Source: Paramicrosporidium saccamoebae KSL3 (Eukaryota > Fungi > Cryptomycota). Taken from it: 32,000 bases of DNA. Position numbers and translations under genes: made by a program. Numbering within the stretch: the stretch's first letter is position 1; each line of letters opens with the position of its first letter. Shown one piece after another: positions 9,877-20,036 of the stretch. The stretch is from the NCBI GenBank assembly GCA_002794465.1, contig MTSL01000101.1, positions 110,962 through 142,961 of the forward strand. Direction: 5' to 3'. Below the pieces are notes generated by a model that made no database searches, was not told the origin of the DNA, and was given only the letters and a program-made list of their open reading frames with translations.

Positions 9877-10925
9877 TTATTTGTGGCTGGATGTGAATCC
9901 ACGAAAGGGATCTATATCATCAAAAGCATCCCCGTTTCCATTTGAACCCGATGCCCAAGGGTTATTCAAGTCCGGTGCCACTGATGCTATGGATTTCAGT
10001 GCGGGAGATACTTTGGGGGGCTCTGACACGGATGACCTCTTCTTCTCCAAAGGAGCTTCATGCGTGTTGATAGCCTGGGAAGCCGAGGCAGATTCAAATT
10101 CCTCAAAGTCGTCAGAAGCAGCCCCATTCTCTACAGTCGGGGGAGGGGGCAGATCAAGATCAAGAATTGATGTGCTCTGAGGTGCTTGTTGCGGAGGAGA
10201 GCGGCTTGGGGGAGGGAGAGCGCCGAAAATGTCCACTAAATCATCCACAGGACTGGTGGATTTTGGTGCAGGTGACCTCTGTAGTCCAGTTGGACTCCCC
10301 CTTTTGCCTGCCAGCAGGGACTCTATGGCTTCCTGAAGATTGCCGTTTGAGGCAGCCAGTGCCGCTGAATTAGCTGCAGGATCGGAGAAGCCCATTTCAC
10401 CGAGCGATTTTATCTGTAGAGGATATCGTTCAGCATTTGAGGAGACTGAGCCATTGGGGATGCTTCCTCGGCTTTTTGGAGCAGAGGCGCGAGACTCGCC
10501 ACCCATAAAGAGCTTCCGCTCATATTTATCTCTAATGTACTGTTCCATGTCTCCCGAGTAGGCAGGGAAGGCAAAGCGCTCCGGATTGGGATTGTAGATG
10601 GCATTTGACTTTGCATTTCCTCCCTCCACCATGTACTAACGTTAGAATGGCTCATGAGGCATTGTACTTGCACTTGCTCGTCAGTCCATTTGTCCAAATT
10701 AACCGACTTTACCTTGGTAATGTGTGTGCCCAGCTTTCTGTGCAGTCCACCACACCGAATGCAGAGGAATATGCCAAGGTTCCATGACGCCCACCGCGTC
10801 CCTACTGATGAGCACGATGATTAAAAACTACCCTTTTGTCCGCAATCGGCGCAAAGCTTGTTGGCGTCGTCCTTAAGTAGTTCGAGCAGGATTTGCTCGT
10901 TCTTACGGGCAGTGTCCTTGCTCAT
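9877..10925 (-). CDS. ArfGAP-UBA protein (Gts1/Ucp3/SMAP-like), 328 aa; exons 10925-10832, 10801-10668, 10635-9877
   Basis: [46 protein letters not shown] (C4 zinc finger plus catalytic Arg), YIRDKYERK, a UBA domain ([32 protein letters not shown]), and acidic DDF/DPF motifs. Introns are 30 and 32 nt. Confidence 0.9.
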
Positions 10926-11018
10926 CGTGACAACAAGGGTCGGAGCGCACAACAAAACTGATGTATTGAAATGTACAATAAATGCTAATTAGCTATAGTT
11001 ATGATGCCACTCACAGAA

Positions 11019-11345
11019 CTACTTGTCCCAAGAGCCAAAGTCTTTTGGGAACCTGGGAAACTCGTCTTGGTGTGATGGTTGGCTGGTGGCCAAATAGGTG
11101 CCAGTAATTACCAGAATGATGGCTGTTATGGGGACGAGACCCACCAGAATTATAATTTTCATCTTGTCCCACTACAATGATAAGAGCTATAGAAAGATTA
11201 CTTGGCTGGCATCATTATGTCGGACGGAAGGCACAAAGAGCGGCCCAATAGACCCGGGAGTGGAGTTGGTGCTTATGGTTGACAACGCGCCCGCATTCTC
11301 TGTGCCATTTTGCCGCTCCAGATCGGGAGACGTCGCAGACTCCAT
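11019..11345 (-). CDS. Small single-pass membrane protein of 98 aa, not in the ORF track; exons 11345-11202 and 11171-11019
   Basis: MESATSPDLERQNG...HNDASQ|WDKMKIIILVGLVPITAIILVITGTYLATSQPSHQDEFPRFPKDFGSWDK*. The 30-nt intron is GTAATC...TAG in phase 0. The gene fills the gap between ArfGAP and TMA20. Confidence 0.6.
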
Positions 11346-11428
11346 TTGGCGAGTGTATAGTCTTTTAGGTACAAATCTTTAGAGCTGGACAATCGCTGCG
11401 CCACCAGTTGCCAGGGCATTTCCCAAGA
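11346..11428. promoter_or_regulatory. Putative 83-bp bidirectional promoter (small TM gene / TMA20)
   Basis: Distance between the two divergent ATGs as I modelled them. Confidence 0.45.
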
Positions 11429-12079
11429 ATGTTTCGCAAGTACCACCGGGTCGTGTTGTTGATTATAGGTTTGTAGGGAAGGAAGATTTGGGGACGAGCA
11501 ACCTGTTAAAATCATCAGTGCAGCGGTCGCTCCGGAAACAGATAATGGAGCAATACCCATATCTTACCGAGGAGCACATGGAACTCATCATGCCAAAGAA
11601 ATCGAGCATTTACCAAACCAAATGTCCGGATAATGTAATGTTGCTGGTAGTCGAGAATGAGCCGCTGTTCTTTCAGCATTTTGATGGGCCCTTTATTCCC
11701 ACGCTTCGGCTCGTCCACAAATTCCCTGACATGATGAAAAAAGTGCAGGTTGACACTGGAGCGATCAAGTTTATTCTGTCTGGAGCAGATATTATGTGTC
11801 CCGGGCTCACCTCGACGGTTGGGGGGATCGATCCGGTCCTGGAGAAGGGAACGGTGGTCGTATTGTCTTTTAAATGCCTGAAACTGACTTTTAGGCTGTG
11901 ATGGCACAGGGTAAAGAGAATGCACTAGGAATTGGAATATTGAAAATGAGCGGTGCCGACATGTACAATGTTCTTGTTGGGTGTTGACTTTGTGTAGAAT
12001 CAAGATTAATCAGGGCCATGGAATTGAGAGCGTCCATTTCCTAAACGATGGCCTATGGAAAATGCCATACACTGCCTAA
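11429..12079 (+). CDS. TMA20: Tma20/MCT-1 PUA-domain translation re-initiation and recycling factor, 183 aa; exons 11429-11439, 11469-11859, 11895-11962, 11998-12079
   Basis: MFRKF start, PLFFQH..GPFIPTLRLVHKFP, QVDTGAIKFILSGADIMCPGLTS, GHGIESVHFLNDGLW. Introns are 29, 35 and 35 nt. Confidence 0.95.
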
Positions 12080-12191
12080 TAAATATGTATTCATTTCATT
12101 ATAGTCCTGGTCTGTGGGGCCGTTAGTCAAAGGGATCAACTTGACTAATTCCCTTGACCCTGGTTCTGGCTGTTTTCTTGCTCGGGTAGCC

Positions 12192-14531
12192 ATGTCTCGT
12201 TTCTTTGAAGCCGCCGGTAGCTCTTCCGAGAGCGAAGAGCTTCTCTCCAGCGACGAATTTGTCAAGGTTAATGAGAACCGTCGCGGCCTCTTTGAGTCTC
12301 TGGCCTATTCTGAGGAGGAGAGTGAGGAGGTCTCTGAATTATCCGAAGATGAGTCTACTGCTTCAGCGCAGCCTGCTGCACCGACACGAAAGTCGCGCTT
12401 CACATTTGATTCGGGAAGCGATTCTGATGAGGAATCGACTACGAGACAAGTGAAAAGCCAGAAAGATAAGGCACATGACGAGATGGAGAGTTTGGCAGAG
12501 GCTATTGAAGACTCTCTTGATTCTCACAATTGGATGCAAGCCCAAGAGGACTATGACCGCATGCTAAAGCTAGTTGCCAAGTACCACGGAATCTGTGTCC
12601 CACATGCGGCATATCTCGTGTTGCCGACGATGGAGACTGAGTTGAACAAGTATGCATCTGACCCCGAACTAAAGACTCTCAACGCTGACGTTGCCAAGGC
12701 ATATAATGCCATGCGTCAAAAAATCCGCAAGTCCATCAGCAAATATGAGAGGGAAATTAAGCATGCGGAAAAGGCTGTTGATGAGGATGAGGAGGGCTCG
12801 GATGCCGAGTCTGTAGATCTTGCAAAGGCTGCCGCCGAAGCTGCTCCCAAGGTGACCGAGCTAACTCCAGAAACCCTACTGAAGCGTCTTCAAGAGATCA
12901 TAGGCACTCGCGGACGCAAGCATGTTGATAAACATGACAATGTCTCGGCCCTGCGCAAAATGATTGCTATTGCAAAGTGCCGTCGTCATGTCATCCATTC
13001 ACTCGTTGCTCTCGTTTCCATTAATTTGGAGCTCACATCGGGAAATCTTGGATACATTCCGGTAGAAGCCTGGGCCATGTTGTTGAAGGATTTGTCCACT
13101 CTGATTGATTTACTGAGCGTAGAGGAGGCTGCGGGTCCGTTGGTGGACTTGAAGCCGGAGGAAGAGGATTTGGGACTTCCCACTATGGCCGGTATTCGTG
13201 GGTCGATGATCTCCTACACTCAACGGCTAGATGACGAGTTTACCCGTGCTCTTCAGAACATTGATCCCCACTCCAACGAATACGTCGACTTTTTGCGCGT
13301 TGAGCCCGAGCTGTTTGCTTTCCTGGACAAGTGTCGTCTTGTCGTCCTCAAGGGAGGCCAGACTGAATTTGCCTGCAATCTGGCGCTCCGACAGCTGGAG
13401 CACATTTATGCCAAGCCCTGTGCAGTGGTTACAAAGTACTTTAGTAGCACAGTTTCAGTGGTGGAATTCTGTCGCTATCTCTACGAGAAAGCCCCAGAGC
13501 GTCAAAAGGTGCGTGCCTTGCTCTTCCATGTCTATTGGCTGGCCATCCATGACAACTATATCAAAGCCCGTGATCTGATGCTGTTTTCTCATGTACAAGA
13601 ATCACTGGCCAATTTTGATATTGCCACTCAGATTCTTTACAACCGGACGCTCGTCCAGGTTGGGTTGGCTGCGTTCAGAAGTGGACATTTCAAGGAAACT
13701 TATTTTGCCCTACAGGAACTCTGTTCAACTGGACGGCCCAAGGAGCTCCTTGCACAAGGATTGGTAGGCCAGAAATACACTGAGAAGGCTGATATGGACC
13801 GATTGGAGCGACAGCGTCTGGTTCCGTTCCATATGCAGATCAACGTTGAGCTCATTGACTGTGTGTTCTTGACCGTGTCCATGCTGTTGGAGGTTCCCCA
13901 GAACGCTGCCGCCTCCCGGCGCTACTTCCAAGGTGAGAGGCGTCTCTTCCAAAGCCGTCATTTGCGTCGAATCCTCGACACTCATGACCGAAACTTGTTC
14001 AACGGTCCCCCCGAGAACACTAGAGAATATGTTGTAGCCGCTGCCAAGGCACTTGCCAATGGAAACTGGCGTGAATGCGAACGCCACATGATGACCGTTA
14101 CTATTTGGGAGCAGCTTCCCAATCCCGAAGCCATTCGGATGATGTTGAAACACAAGATTCGTGAGTCTGGACTGTATTCCTTTATGTATTCCACGGGATC
14201 ATGCTACTCTTCGCTGTCCATTGAGAGATTGGCCAAGGACTATGACCTGCCCATGTCCCTGGTTGTCCGCATAGTCTCCCGTCTTATTGGGGACTTTGGG
14301 GTGCCCGCCAGCATCTCCACCGACAAGAACCTCATCATGTGGGCACCAGATTGCGACCTGACTCCAGCCCAGGAAGCCATTATGCATCTCACTGACAAGA
14401 TCAGCGCCCTTGAGGAGCGCAACAACGAGACTGCCGAGCTCATCTCCACCCTTCAGCAGAGCCACGCCCGCAATATCCGGAACCAAGAGAATCTTAGGGA
14501 TCATGCTGCCGCCATCCCAGCCCAAGTATAA
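12192..14531 (+). CDS. NIP1: Translation initiation factor eIF3 subunit c, 779 aa
   Basis: Typical MSRFF start at 12192 (not 12114), VKSQKDK, LYNRTLVQVGLAAFR, VPFHMQINVELIDCV, GPPENTREYVVAAAKAL, and a C-terminal PCI domain. Confidence 0.93.
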   Translation: MSRFFEAAGSSSESEELLSSDEFVKVNENRRGLFESLAYSEEESEEVSELSEDESTASAQPAAPTRKSRFTFDSGSDSDEESTTRQVKSQKDKAHDEMESLAEAIEDSLDSHNWMQAQEDYDRMLKLVAKYHGICVPHAAYLVLPTMETELNKYASDPELKTLNADVAKAYNAMRQKIRKSISKYEREIKHAEKAVDEDEEGSDAESVDLAKAAAEAAPKVTELTPETLLKRLQEIIGTRGRKHVDKHDNVSALRKMIAIAKCRRHVIHSLVALVSINLELTSGNLGYIPVEAWAMLLKDLSTLIDLLSVEEAAGPLVDLKPEEEDLGLPTMAGIRGSMISYTQRLDDEFTRALQNIDPHSNEYVDFLRVEPELFAFLDKCRLVVLKGGQTEFACNLALRQLEHIYAKPCAVVTKYFSSTVSVVEFCRYLYEKAPERQKVRALLFHVYWLAIHDNYIKARDLMLFSHVQESLANFDIATQILYNRTLVQVGLAAFRSGHFKETYFALQELCSTGRPKELLAQGLVGQKYTEKADMDRLERQRLVPFHMQINVELIDCVFLTVSMLLEVPQNAAASRRYFQGERRLFQSRHLRRILDTHDRNLFNGPPENTREYVVAAAKALANGNWRECERHMMTVTIWEQLPNPEAIRMMLKHKIRESGLYSFMYSTGSCYSSLSIERLAKDYDLPMSLVVRIVSRLIGDFGVPASISTDKNLIMWAPDCDLTPAQEAIMHLTDKISALEERNNETAELISTLQQSHARNIRNQENLRDHAAAIPAQV

Positions 14532-14730
14532 AGTTTTACAATAAAGAAATATATTATGCAGTAAACGGAGCTGTCAAAAATGTCATCGGCCAATCAAGAT
14601 TGTGGCTGATGTGCCGATTACGGAATTAGAGTAACGTTTGTTTGTGCTATGACGAGGCAGTAACCAGACAACGCCTCTTGTCACAACATAACAGGCACAG
14701 TGCCTCAATAAAGATGACAAACCAGAACAG

Positions 14731-17331
14731 ATGCGCCCCCATCACAGTTTTCAGCCACGAAGGGATCCCAACAGTTTAAATAGCGACCGGGGGCACGCCA
14801 GCCCCGCCGACAGCGTCGCAGCACTCAACATTCCCGTCCCAACCACTGAACATACCGACACTCGTCTGAGTGCTCAGGAGAAGCAGAGTCTCGAGACGGC
14901 GCTTGCGTTGCCTCTGCGCCCTGATACGGGCACCTTGGGAAAGGGCATCCGTTTGCAGGCGAACTACTACCAGGTGACTAGCCTTCCCGTTGGGGATATT
15001 GTCCAGTATGATGTACAAGTGACTCCGGACGTCCCACGTGCTTTACGCCGCCGATTGTTCTCCGAACTCGATGCCAAATACCGCCAAGTAGAGTTCAAGG
15101 GCAGCGTTGTGGCTTATGACGGCATGGCCAACATGTATTCACTTGGACAGTTGCCAAAGGACCAGTATGTCTTGCAGGTTCAGATTCCTGGTCGTCGTCC
15201 CGGTGAAATGCGCGACTTTCAGTTCAAGATGCGTCGTGTATCTTCGGTAAATCTCGAAGTCTTGAAAAGGTTCTTGGATGGAAAGCTGGACTATACTCCG
15301 TATGATGTGCTTACCTCTCTTGAAGTCATCATGCGCCATCCAATGTGTCAGCAGAATGTGGTTGTGGGTCGGTCTATTTTTAATGGAAAGCATGTTGAGC
15401 CTATTAGTGGAGCTGTAGATGTGTGGAAGGGCTTTTTCATGTCTCTTCGTCCGGCCTTGGGCCGTCTTCTGTTAAACGTGGATACCTCAGCCACCGCCTT
15501 CATCGCACCTGGTGATGTTGTCCCCATTCTGCGCGACTTTCTCGGCATCCCCAAGCAGGAGGTGTTTGACTCTTTGCATCCAAAGGAACGTGGACCGGTG
15601 GAACACTTCCTCCGTGCCTGTCGTGTTGAGGCAACCCATCGGGGCGAGTCAACCCGTCGTTACAAGGTGCTTGGACTCAGCCAAAGCTCGGCTGATCAGA
15701 CCTTTTTCGAAGACCAGGATGGCAAGAAGATGTCAGTGGCGGATTATTTCCGCTCCAAGTACAATCTCTCCCTAAAGTACCCCAAGATGCCCTGTTTGGT
15801 GGTGGGATCTCCTCAACGCTCCGTGTTCTTGCCGATGGAATGCTGTCGCATTCCTCCGGGCCAAAGATACATGCGCAAGCTTGACGGTCTGCAAACCTCG
15901 GACATGATCAAGATTGCTAACCGCAAGCCGGCGGACCGTATGGATACTATTAAGGGTGCTACGGGAATTCTTGATGAGCATGGGAAATACTTGGAAAACT
16001 TTAAGCTTCAGTTTGGAAAGGAGCTTGTCTCGGTCAATGGACGTGTCCTGGCCCCTCCTACCATTTTCTACGGAAAGCAGTCCCGCGAGCCCGAAATGGT
16101 CCCCAACCAAGGAGCGTGGAACTTGAGAGACAAGTTGATGGAGATTGGCTGCACTGTGACATCTTGGGCAGTTCTTGTCTTTGGTCGTGCCAACGAAACA
16201 GAAGTCCAAGGGTTTGTGCGGGAACTCGTCACCACTTGCCAAGAGACGGGAGTGACTATGAAGATGAAGCAACCGCCGATCCTCTTTGCCAGTCCTCAGG
16301 TTGAGTCGTCAGTGAGAAATGCCTATAGTAAAGCAGAGGAAGCCTCTGGCTCCAAGCCGCAATTCATCCTCTGTATCCTCCCCACTGACGATGCGGGGCT
16401 TTATGGAGACATTAAGCGCTGCACCGATACGATCATTGGTCTTCCCAGTCAGTGCATGTTGATGAAGCACATCCGTCGTCCCAGCAAGCAATACTGCGCC
16501 AATCTCTGTCTCAAGATTAACGTGAAGCTTGGAGGAGTAAACTCTTCTCTTGGAAAGCAGCTCAAGTTTATTGTAGAGCGTCCCACAATGGTGTTTGGAT
16601 CTGATGTGACCCATCCTGGTGTTGGGGAATCAGACAAGCCATCCATTGCTGCCGTTGTCGGTAGCATGGACATTAAAATGTCCCGCTATGCAGCCTCGGT
16701 CCGCGTCCAGGGAAGCCGTGTAGAGATTATCGGAGACTTGAAGACCATGTTCAAGGAGCAGGTCCAACACTTTGTGAACGCCAACAAGATCCGTCCCCAA
16801 CGCATTCTGTTCTATCGTGATGGTGTTTCAGAGGGACAATTTGCCCAGGTTCTCGAGTTTGAACTTTCCGCCATGAAGGCTGGATGTCGCGAGATCGATC
16901 CCAACTACGATCCCAAGATTTCGTTCATCCTGGTGCAAAAGCGTCATCATACTCGCTTCCTCGCCGCCTCGCCCCGAGATGCGGACCGGTCAGGAAACAT
17001 CCCGGCTGGTACTGTGGTTGACACGGGTGTTGTGCATCCCAACCAATTTGACTTTTTCCTCTGTTCGCATGGCGGTATTCAAGGAACCAGTCGTCCCACC
17101 CATTACCACGTTGTGCATGACGAGAACAACTTTGGTGCCGATGACCTGCAACAGCTCAGTTATCATCTGTGCTATACCTTTGCCCGATGCACCCGCTCCG
17201 TGTCCGTCGTCACTCCGGCGTACTATGCCCATTTGGTTGCGTTCCGCGCTCGATTCCACTTTGATGAAAGCAAGAGAGGTGTCTTTAACGCAGTTAAGCC
17301 CGAACTTGCACCTCACATGTATTTCATCTAA
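14731..17331 (+). CDS. AGO: Eukaryotic Argonaute (N-L1-PAZ-L2-MID-PIWI), intronless, 866 aa, with an intact DEDH tetrad
   Basis: PAZ (SVADYFRSKYNLSLKYPKMPCL, FLPMECC), MID (LYGDIK, PSQC, LKINVKLGG), PIWI FGSDVTHP / RVEII / FYRDGVSEGQF / PAYYAHLVAFRAR, and terminal MYFI. Confidence 0.97.
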   Translation: MRPHHSFQPRRDPNSLNSDRGHASPADSVAALNIPVPTTEHTDTRLSAQEKQSLETALALPLRPDTGTLGKGIRLQANYYQVTSLPVGDIVQYDVQVTPDVPRALRRRLFSELDAKYRQVEFKGSVVAYDGMANMYSLGQLPKDQYVLQVQIPGRRPGEMRDFQFKMRRVSSVNLEVLKRFLDGKLDYTPYDVLTSLEVIMRHPMCQQNVVVGRSIFNGKHVEPISGAVDVWKGFFMSLRPALGRLLLNVDTSATAFIAPGDVVPILRDFLGIPKQEVFDSLHPKERGPVEHFLRACRVEATHRGESTRRYKVLGLSQSSADQTFFEDQDGKKMSVADYFRSKYNLSLKYPKMPCLVVGSPQRSVFLPMECCRIPPGQRYMRKLDGLQTSDMIKIANRKPADRMDTIKGATGILDEHGKYLENFKLQFGKELVSVNGRVLAPPTIFYGKQSREPEMVPNQGAWNLRDKLMEIGCTVTSWAVLVFGRANETEVQGFVRELVTTCQETGVTMKMKQPPILFASPQVESSVRNAYSKAEEASGSKPQFILCILPTDDAGLYGDIKRCTDTIIGLPSQCMLMKHIRRPSKQYCANLCLKINVKLGGVNSSLGKQLKFIVERPTMVFGSDVTHPGVGESDKPSIAAVVGSMDIKMSRYAASVRVQGSRVEIIGDLKTMFKEQVQHFVNANKIRPQRILFYRDGVSEGQFAQVLEFELSAMKAGCREIDPNYDPKISFILVQKRHHTRFLAASPRDADRSGNIPAGTVVDTGVVHPNQFDFFLCSHGGIQGTSRPTHYHVVHDENNFGADDLQQLSYHLCYTFARCTRSVSVVTPAYYAHLVAFRARFHFDESKRGVFNAVKPELAPHMYFI

Positions 17332-17332
17332 G

Positions 17333-17398
17333 TGTTTGTGAGGAATATGGCTCAACTGAATTAAATGCTTGTGAGGAATATGGCCAGAATGATTGAAT
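17333..17398. repeat. 33-bp-period duplication immediately after the Argonaute stop
   Basis: tgtttgtgaggaatatggc at 17333 and tgcttgtgaggaatatggc at 17366 (18/19 identical). Confidence 0.75.
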
Positions 17399-17458
17399 GA
17401 ATTAGCTAGCCTATCATCTTGCAATAAACCCCAATGAATAGTAGCCTGAGCTGTCATA

Positions 17459-17670
17459 TGTTGCGTAGTGGGGATAATAATACCACAGACGGGAAGGGGG
17501 ATTTGTTTACTGTTAATCCTATAATAGTATGGATACACATCTCACTGTCCCAAATACCCAACTAATCAGCCCTCTACGTCAAATGCCCAACTAATCAACC
17601 CTCTACGTCAAATACCCAACTAATCAACCCTCTACGCCAAATACCCAACGAATTAATCCTCTACGTCACA
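17459..17670 (+). mobile_element. Dispersed repeat copy 2, with four tandem 29-bp units; ends in CTACGTCACA
   Basis: Shares tgt(c/t)gcgtagtgggga, a 47-nt block including the identical 24-mer gtatggatacacatctcactgtcc, and the CTACGTCACA terminus with copy 1. Confidence 0.55.
17551..17666. repeat. 4 x 29-bp head-to-tail tandem repeat, consensus CAAATACCCAACTAATCAACCCTCTACGT
   Basis: Units at 17551, 17580, 17609 and 17638 carry 1, 1, 1 and 3 mismatches to the consensus. There are no spacers. Confidence 0.92.
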
Positions 17671-17716
17671 CATATATAGTCGGCACAATAGTTGGCTGTT
17701 TGCCCCCGTGTTGGAT

Positions 17717-19119
17717 CTAAGTCTTTTTTATATATTTGCCTATGGTGAGAGGGGTATTGGCGGATGTCTTTGCCCTCTTGACCATGATGGTCGGATCTAC
17801 TTTTGGCTTTCCCGGCTTTGGTTGCTGATACTCCTCAAAGGGATCATACAGAATGACAACACTTTGAATAGTAATGGCTTTGGTGGGTCGAGCAGCGCTG
17901 TCAGTGGCCGTGGCTTCCATCTTGTCTAGGACATCCCATCCCCCAACCACCTTTCCAAACACTGGATGCAGTCGATCCAAATGCGTTGCCGCATCAAATG
18001 TGATAAAGAATTGGCTGCCGTTGCTGTGGGGTCCTTTGTTGGCCATGCTCAAGATGCCTCGCGACGAGTGGGAGAGGGTGGAGACAATTTCATTGGCAAA
18101 CGGCTTGTTCCAGCACGATTTTCCGCCGCCTCCAGTGCCGCTGGGATCGCCGCCCTGGATAACAAAACCAGGAATTAATCGATGGAAACGACAGTCGTCA
18201 TAATATCCGCGACGGGAGAGAGTAAGGAAATTGTAGCAGGTACGGGGGACGCGAGGACAATACAGTTCGAGATGAAGATCCCCGAGATTAGTACGTATGA
18301 CAGCCTTTCCGGGTTTTGTGATTGCCTGGAACATTTCCGTTTCCTTGTCCACAGTCTGAGGACGCGACATGAGTGTTGCTGCTGTGGATGTGGCAGAGGT
18401 TACAAAAGTTGCAGTTCCTGTGGTCGTTGATCCCGAGCTGGTTACAATCCCTGTAGTTGTCGATCCCGGACCAGATGCAATAGCTGTAGCTGTAGCTGTA
18501 GCCGTTGATCCCAGACCTGTTGCAGTAGTCGTTGATTCCGGACCATCAGTCTCAACTGCGTTGAGCTGGTCAAGACGAGCCTGCCGGACATGAGTAAATG
18601 CTGCCATGTTGCGCCCCTCCAGCAAACGTGGGTCTTGCAATACAATGACATCAGACTTGGAAAACTTTTCGTCTGTAAAATAATCACGTCCATCCAGCTG
18701 CTTCAGACCCTCTGCTGAATATACTCTTCCCGTGCGTCGGTTGGCAACAATGTGAGAGTAATCCGTGAATGCCTTTAAAGTTACCGGACAGTGAGTCTCT
18801 CCTGCCGCATTTTTGGAATAGTGCAAGCGCGTCAAGTCGCTACAGCCGAGAGACACACCGGTGGTTGGATGAGTTCCGTGGCGTTCCAGATACGGAACAA
18901 TGTGGGAGAGATCAAAGACAACGCCATCTGGAGCACATACCGGGACGGTAAAGGGTGCCAGTGTGAGTGCACAATAGTCAAAGGGCAGTCCTTTGAACTC
19001 TCCATCCAAGGTCTTTTTCTTGGCACCACCAAAGTCCGTTGCCCATTCTCCATAGGTGATATAGAGTTTGTCTAAAATCAGCTAGGTCTCATGAAGGTAG
19101 TACCGGTCCATTTTCCCAT
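17717..19119 (-). CDS. PPIL2: U-box/RING cyclophilin PPIL2 (Cyp60/Cyc4), 456 aa; exons 19119-19104 and 19071-17717
   Basis: MGKWTDKLYIT start after removal of a 32-nt intron, LPFDYCALTLAPF U-box, and a cyclophilin domain (FHRLIPGFVIQGGDPSGTG, GILSMANKG, NGSQFFIT, HPVFGKVV). Confidence 0.92.
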
Positions 19120-19202
19120 TTGAGCAGCCCAGCCAATCAGACGATAGTATTCTCGTTTAAAGTCGATCAACAAGCAGACAGTAGGAGTTTAGGTTCATAA
19201 TC
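19120..19202. promoter_or_regulatory. Putative 83-bp bidirectional promoter with a CCAAT box at 19133
   Basis: Gap between divergent ATGs at 19119 and 19203, containing AGCCAATCAG. Confidence 0.5.
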
Positions 19203-19902
19203 ATGTACATCCAGCATTCCCACTCTGGTAGCCACTGTGGATAATCTGACCTCCATTTTAGTCAGTCCACACGTGCCTGTCATCATGTACGGAGTACTGG
19301 CAATGTTGATAGGCCTGCTTCTTCTCTTCTTTGGAATCCGTCTCTTTCGCACCGTCCTGGCAACGTGCTGTTTCATCGGCGGCGCCCTCTTTGCCTTTAC
19401 CATTATCACAAATCTCGAATTGCACTGGCAGTATGGAGAGACTGTCACTTTGCTCGTCTGTTTGGCTTCCGGCGTGGTGGCTGCGACATTGGGATTGTGG
19501 ATGTGGATGCTTGCATTGGTGGTGATGGGTGCGCTGGGTGGCTTTACCATGGCAATGTACATGTTGTCATGGAGGGGCGGCCGGCTCATGGAGGAGCACG
19601 TGTCTCGGCCAGTATTCATTGCTGCAATGACAGTGCTGGGCGGCCTAGTAGCCGTCGTCTATGAAAGGGGCATTATTGCACTAGCCACCTGCATTATCGG
19701 AGCAGTTTCGCTGTGTTCCGGATTGGATGTGTTTGCTGACACGGGCTTCAATGAGATGATGCAGGCATTTTTGAAAAACTCCAACTCCTTTTCCAGTCTA
19801 GACGGCTCCACTTACACCCTGCTAGGCTCGTGTGCTGTCGTGGCTCTCCTGGGCATAACTGTGCAGCTCTCTGTAACCGGGACCCAGCCCAAAAAGACCT
19901 AG
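19203..19902 (+). CDS. DUF4203 / TMEM198-TM7SF3-like multipass membrane protein, 221 aa; exons 19203-19227 and 19262-19902
   Basis: About six hydrophobic helices with the motifs LLFFGIRLFRTVL..CFIGG, GALGGF and ATCIIGAVSLCSGLDVF. A 34-nt intron (GTAGCC...CTGAC..TAG) supplies the start. Confidence 0.7.
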
Positions 19903-20036
19903 GCAGCCTTCCGATGATCGAACAAGACAACCTAAGCACGTATCCACACATCCAACCACTTAAGAACAAGCTTCATTTCTCCCCACACCTTGCACATATC
20001 TAGTCCAGTATACTTTACCCAATATAGCCTGTTTCC

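Noticed and set aside
12114-12191. Longer eIF3c start
   Set aside because: It has a non-ATG start, and the conserved MSRFF begins at 12192.
11429-17331. TMA20-eIF3c-Argonaute as a functional translation-control cluster
   Set aside because: In a genome reduced to housekeeping genes such neighbours are expected by chance, and I see no shared regulatory motif.
17311-17343. Hairpin CCTCACA/TGTGAGG spanning the Argonaute stop
   Set aside because: It has only a 7-bp stem with no extension, which is expected by chance.
17551-17666. 29-bp repeats as a CRISPR array beside Argonaute
   Set aside because: The units are head-to-tail with no spacers, there are no cas genes, and the context is eukaryotic.
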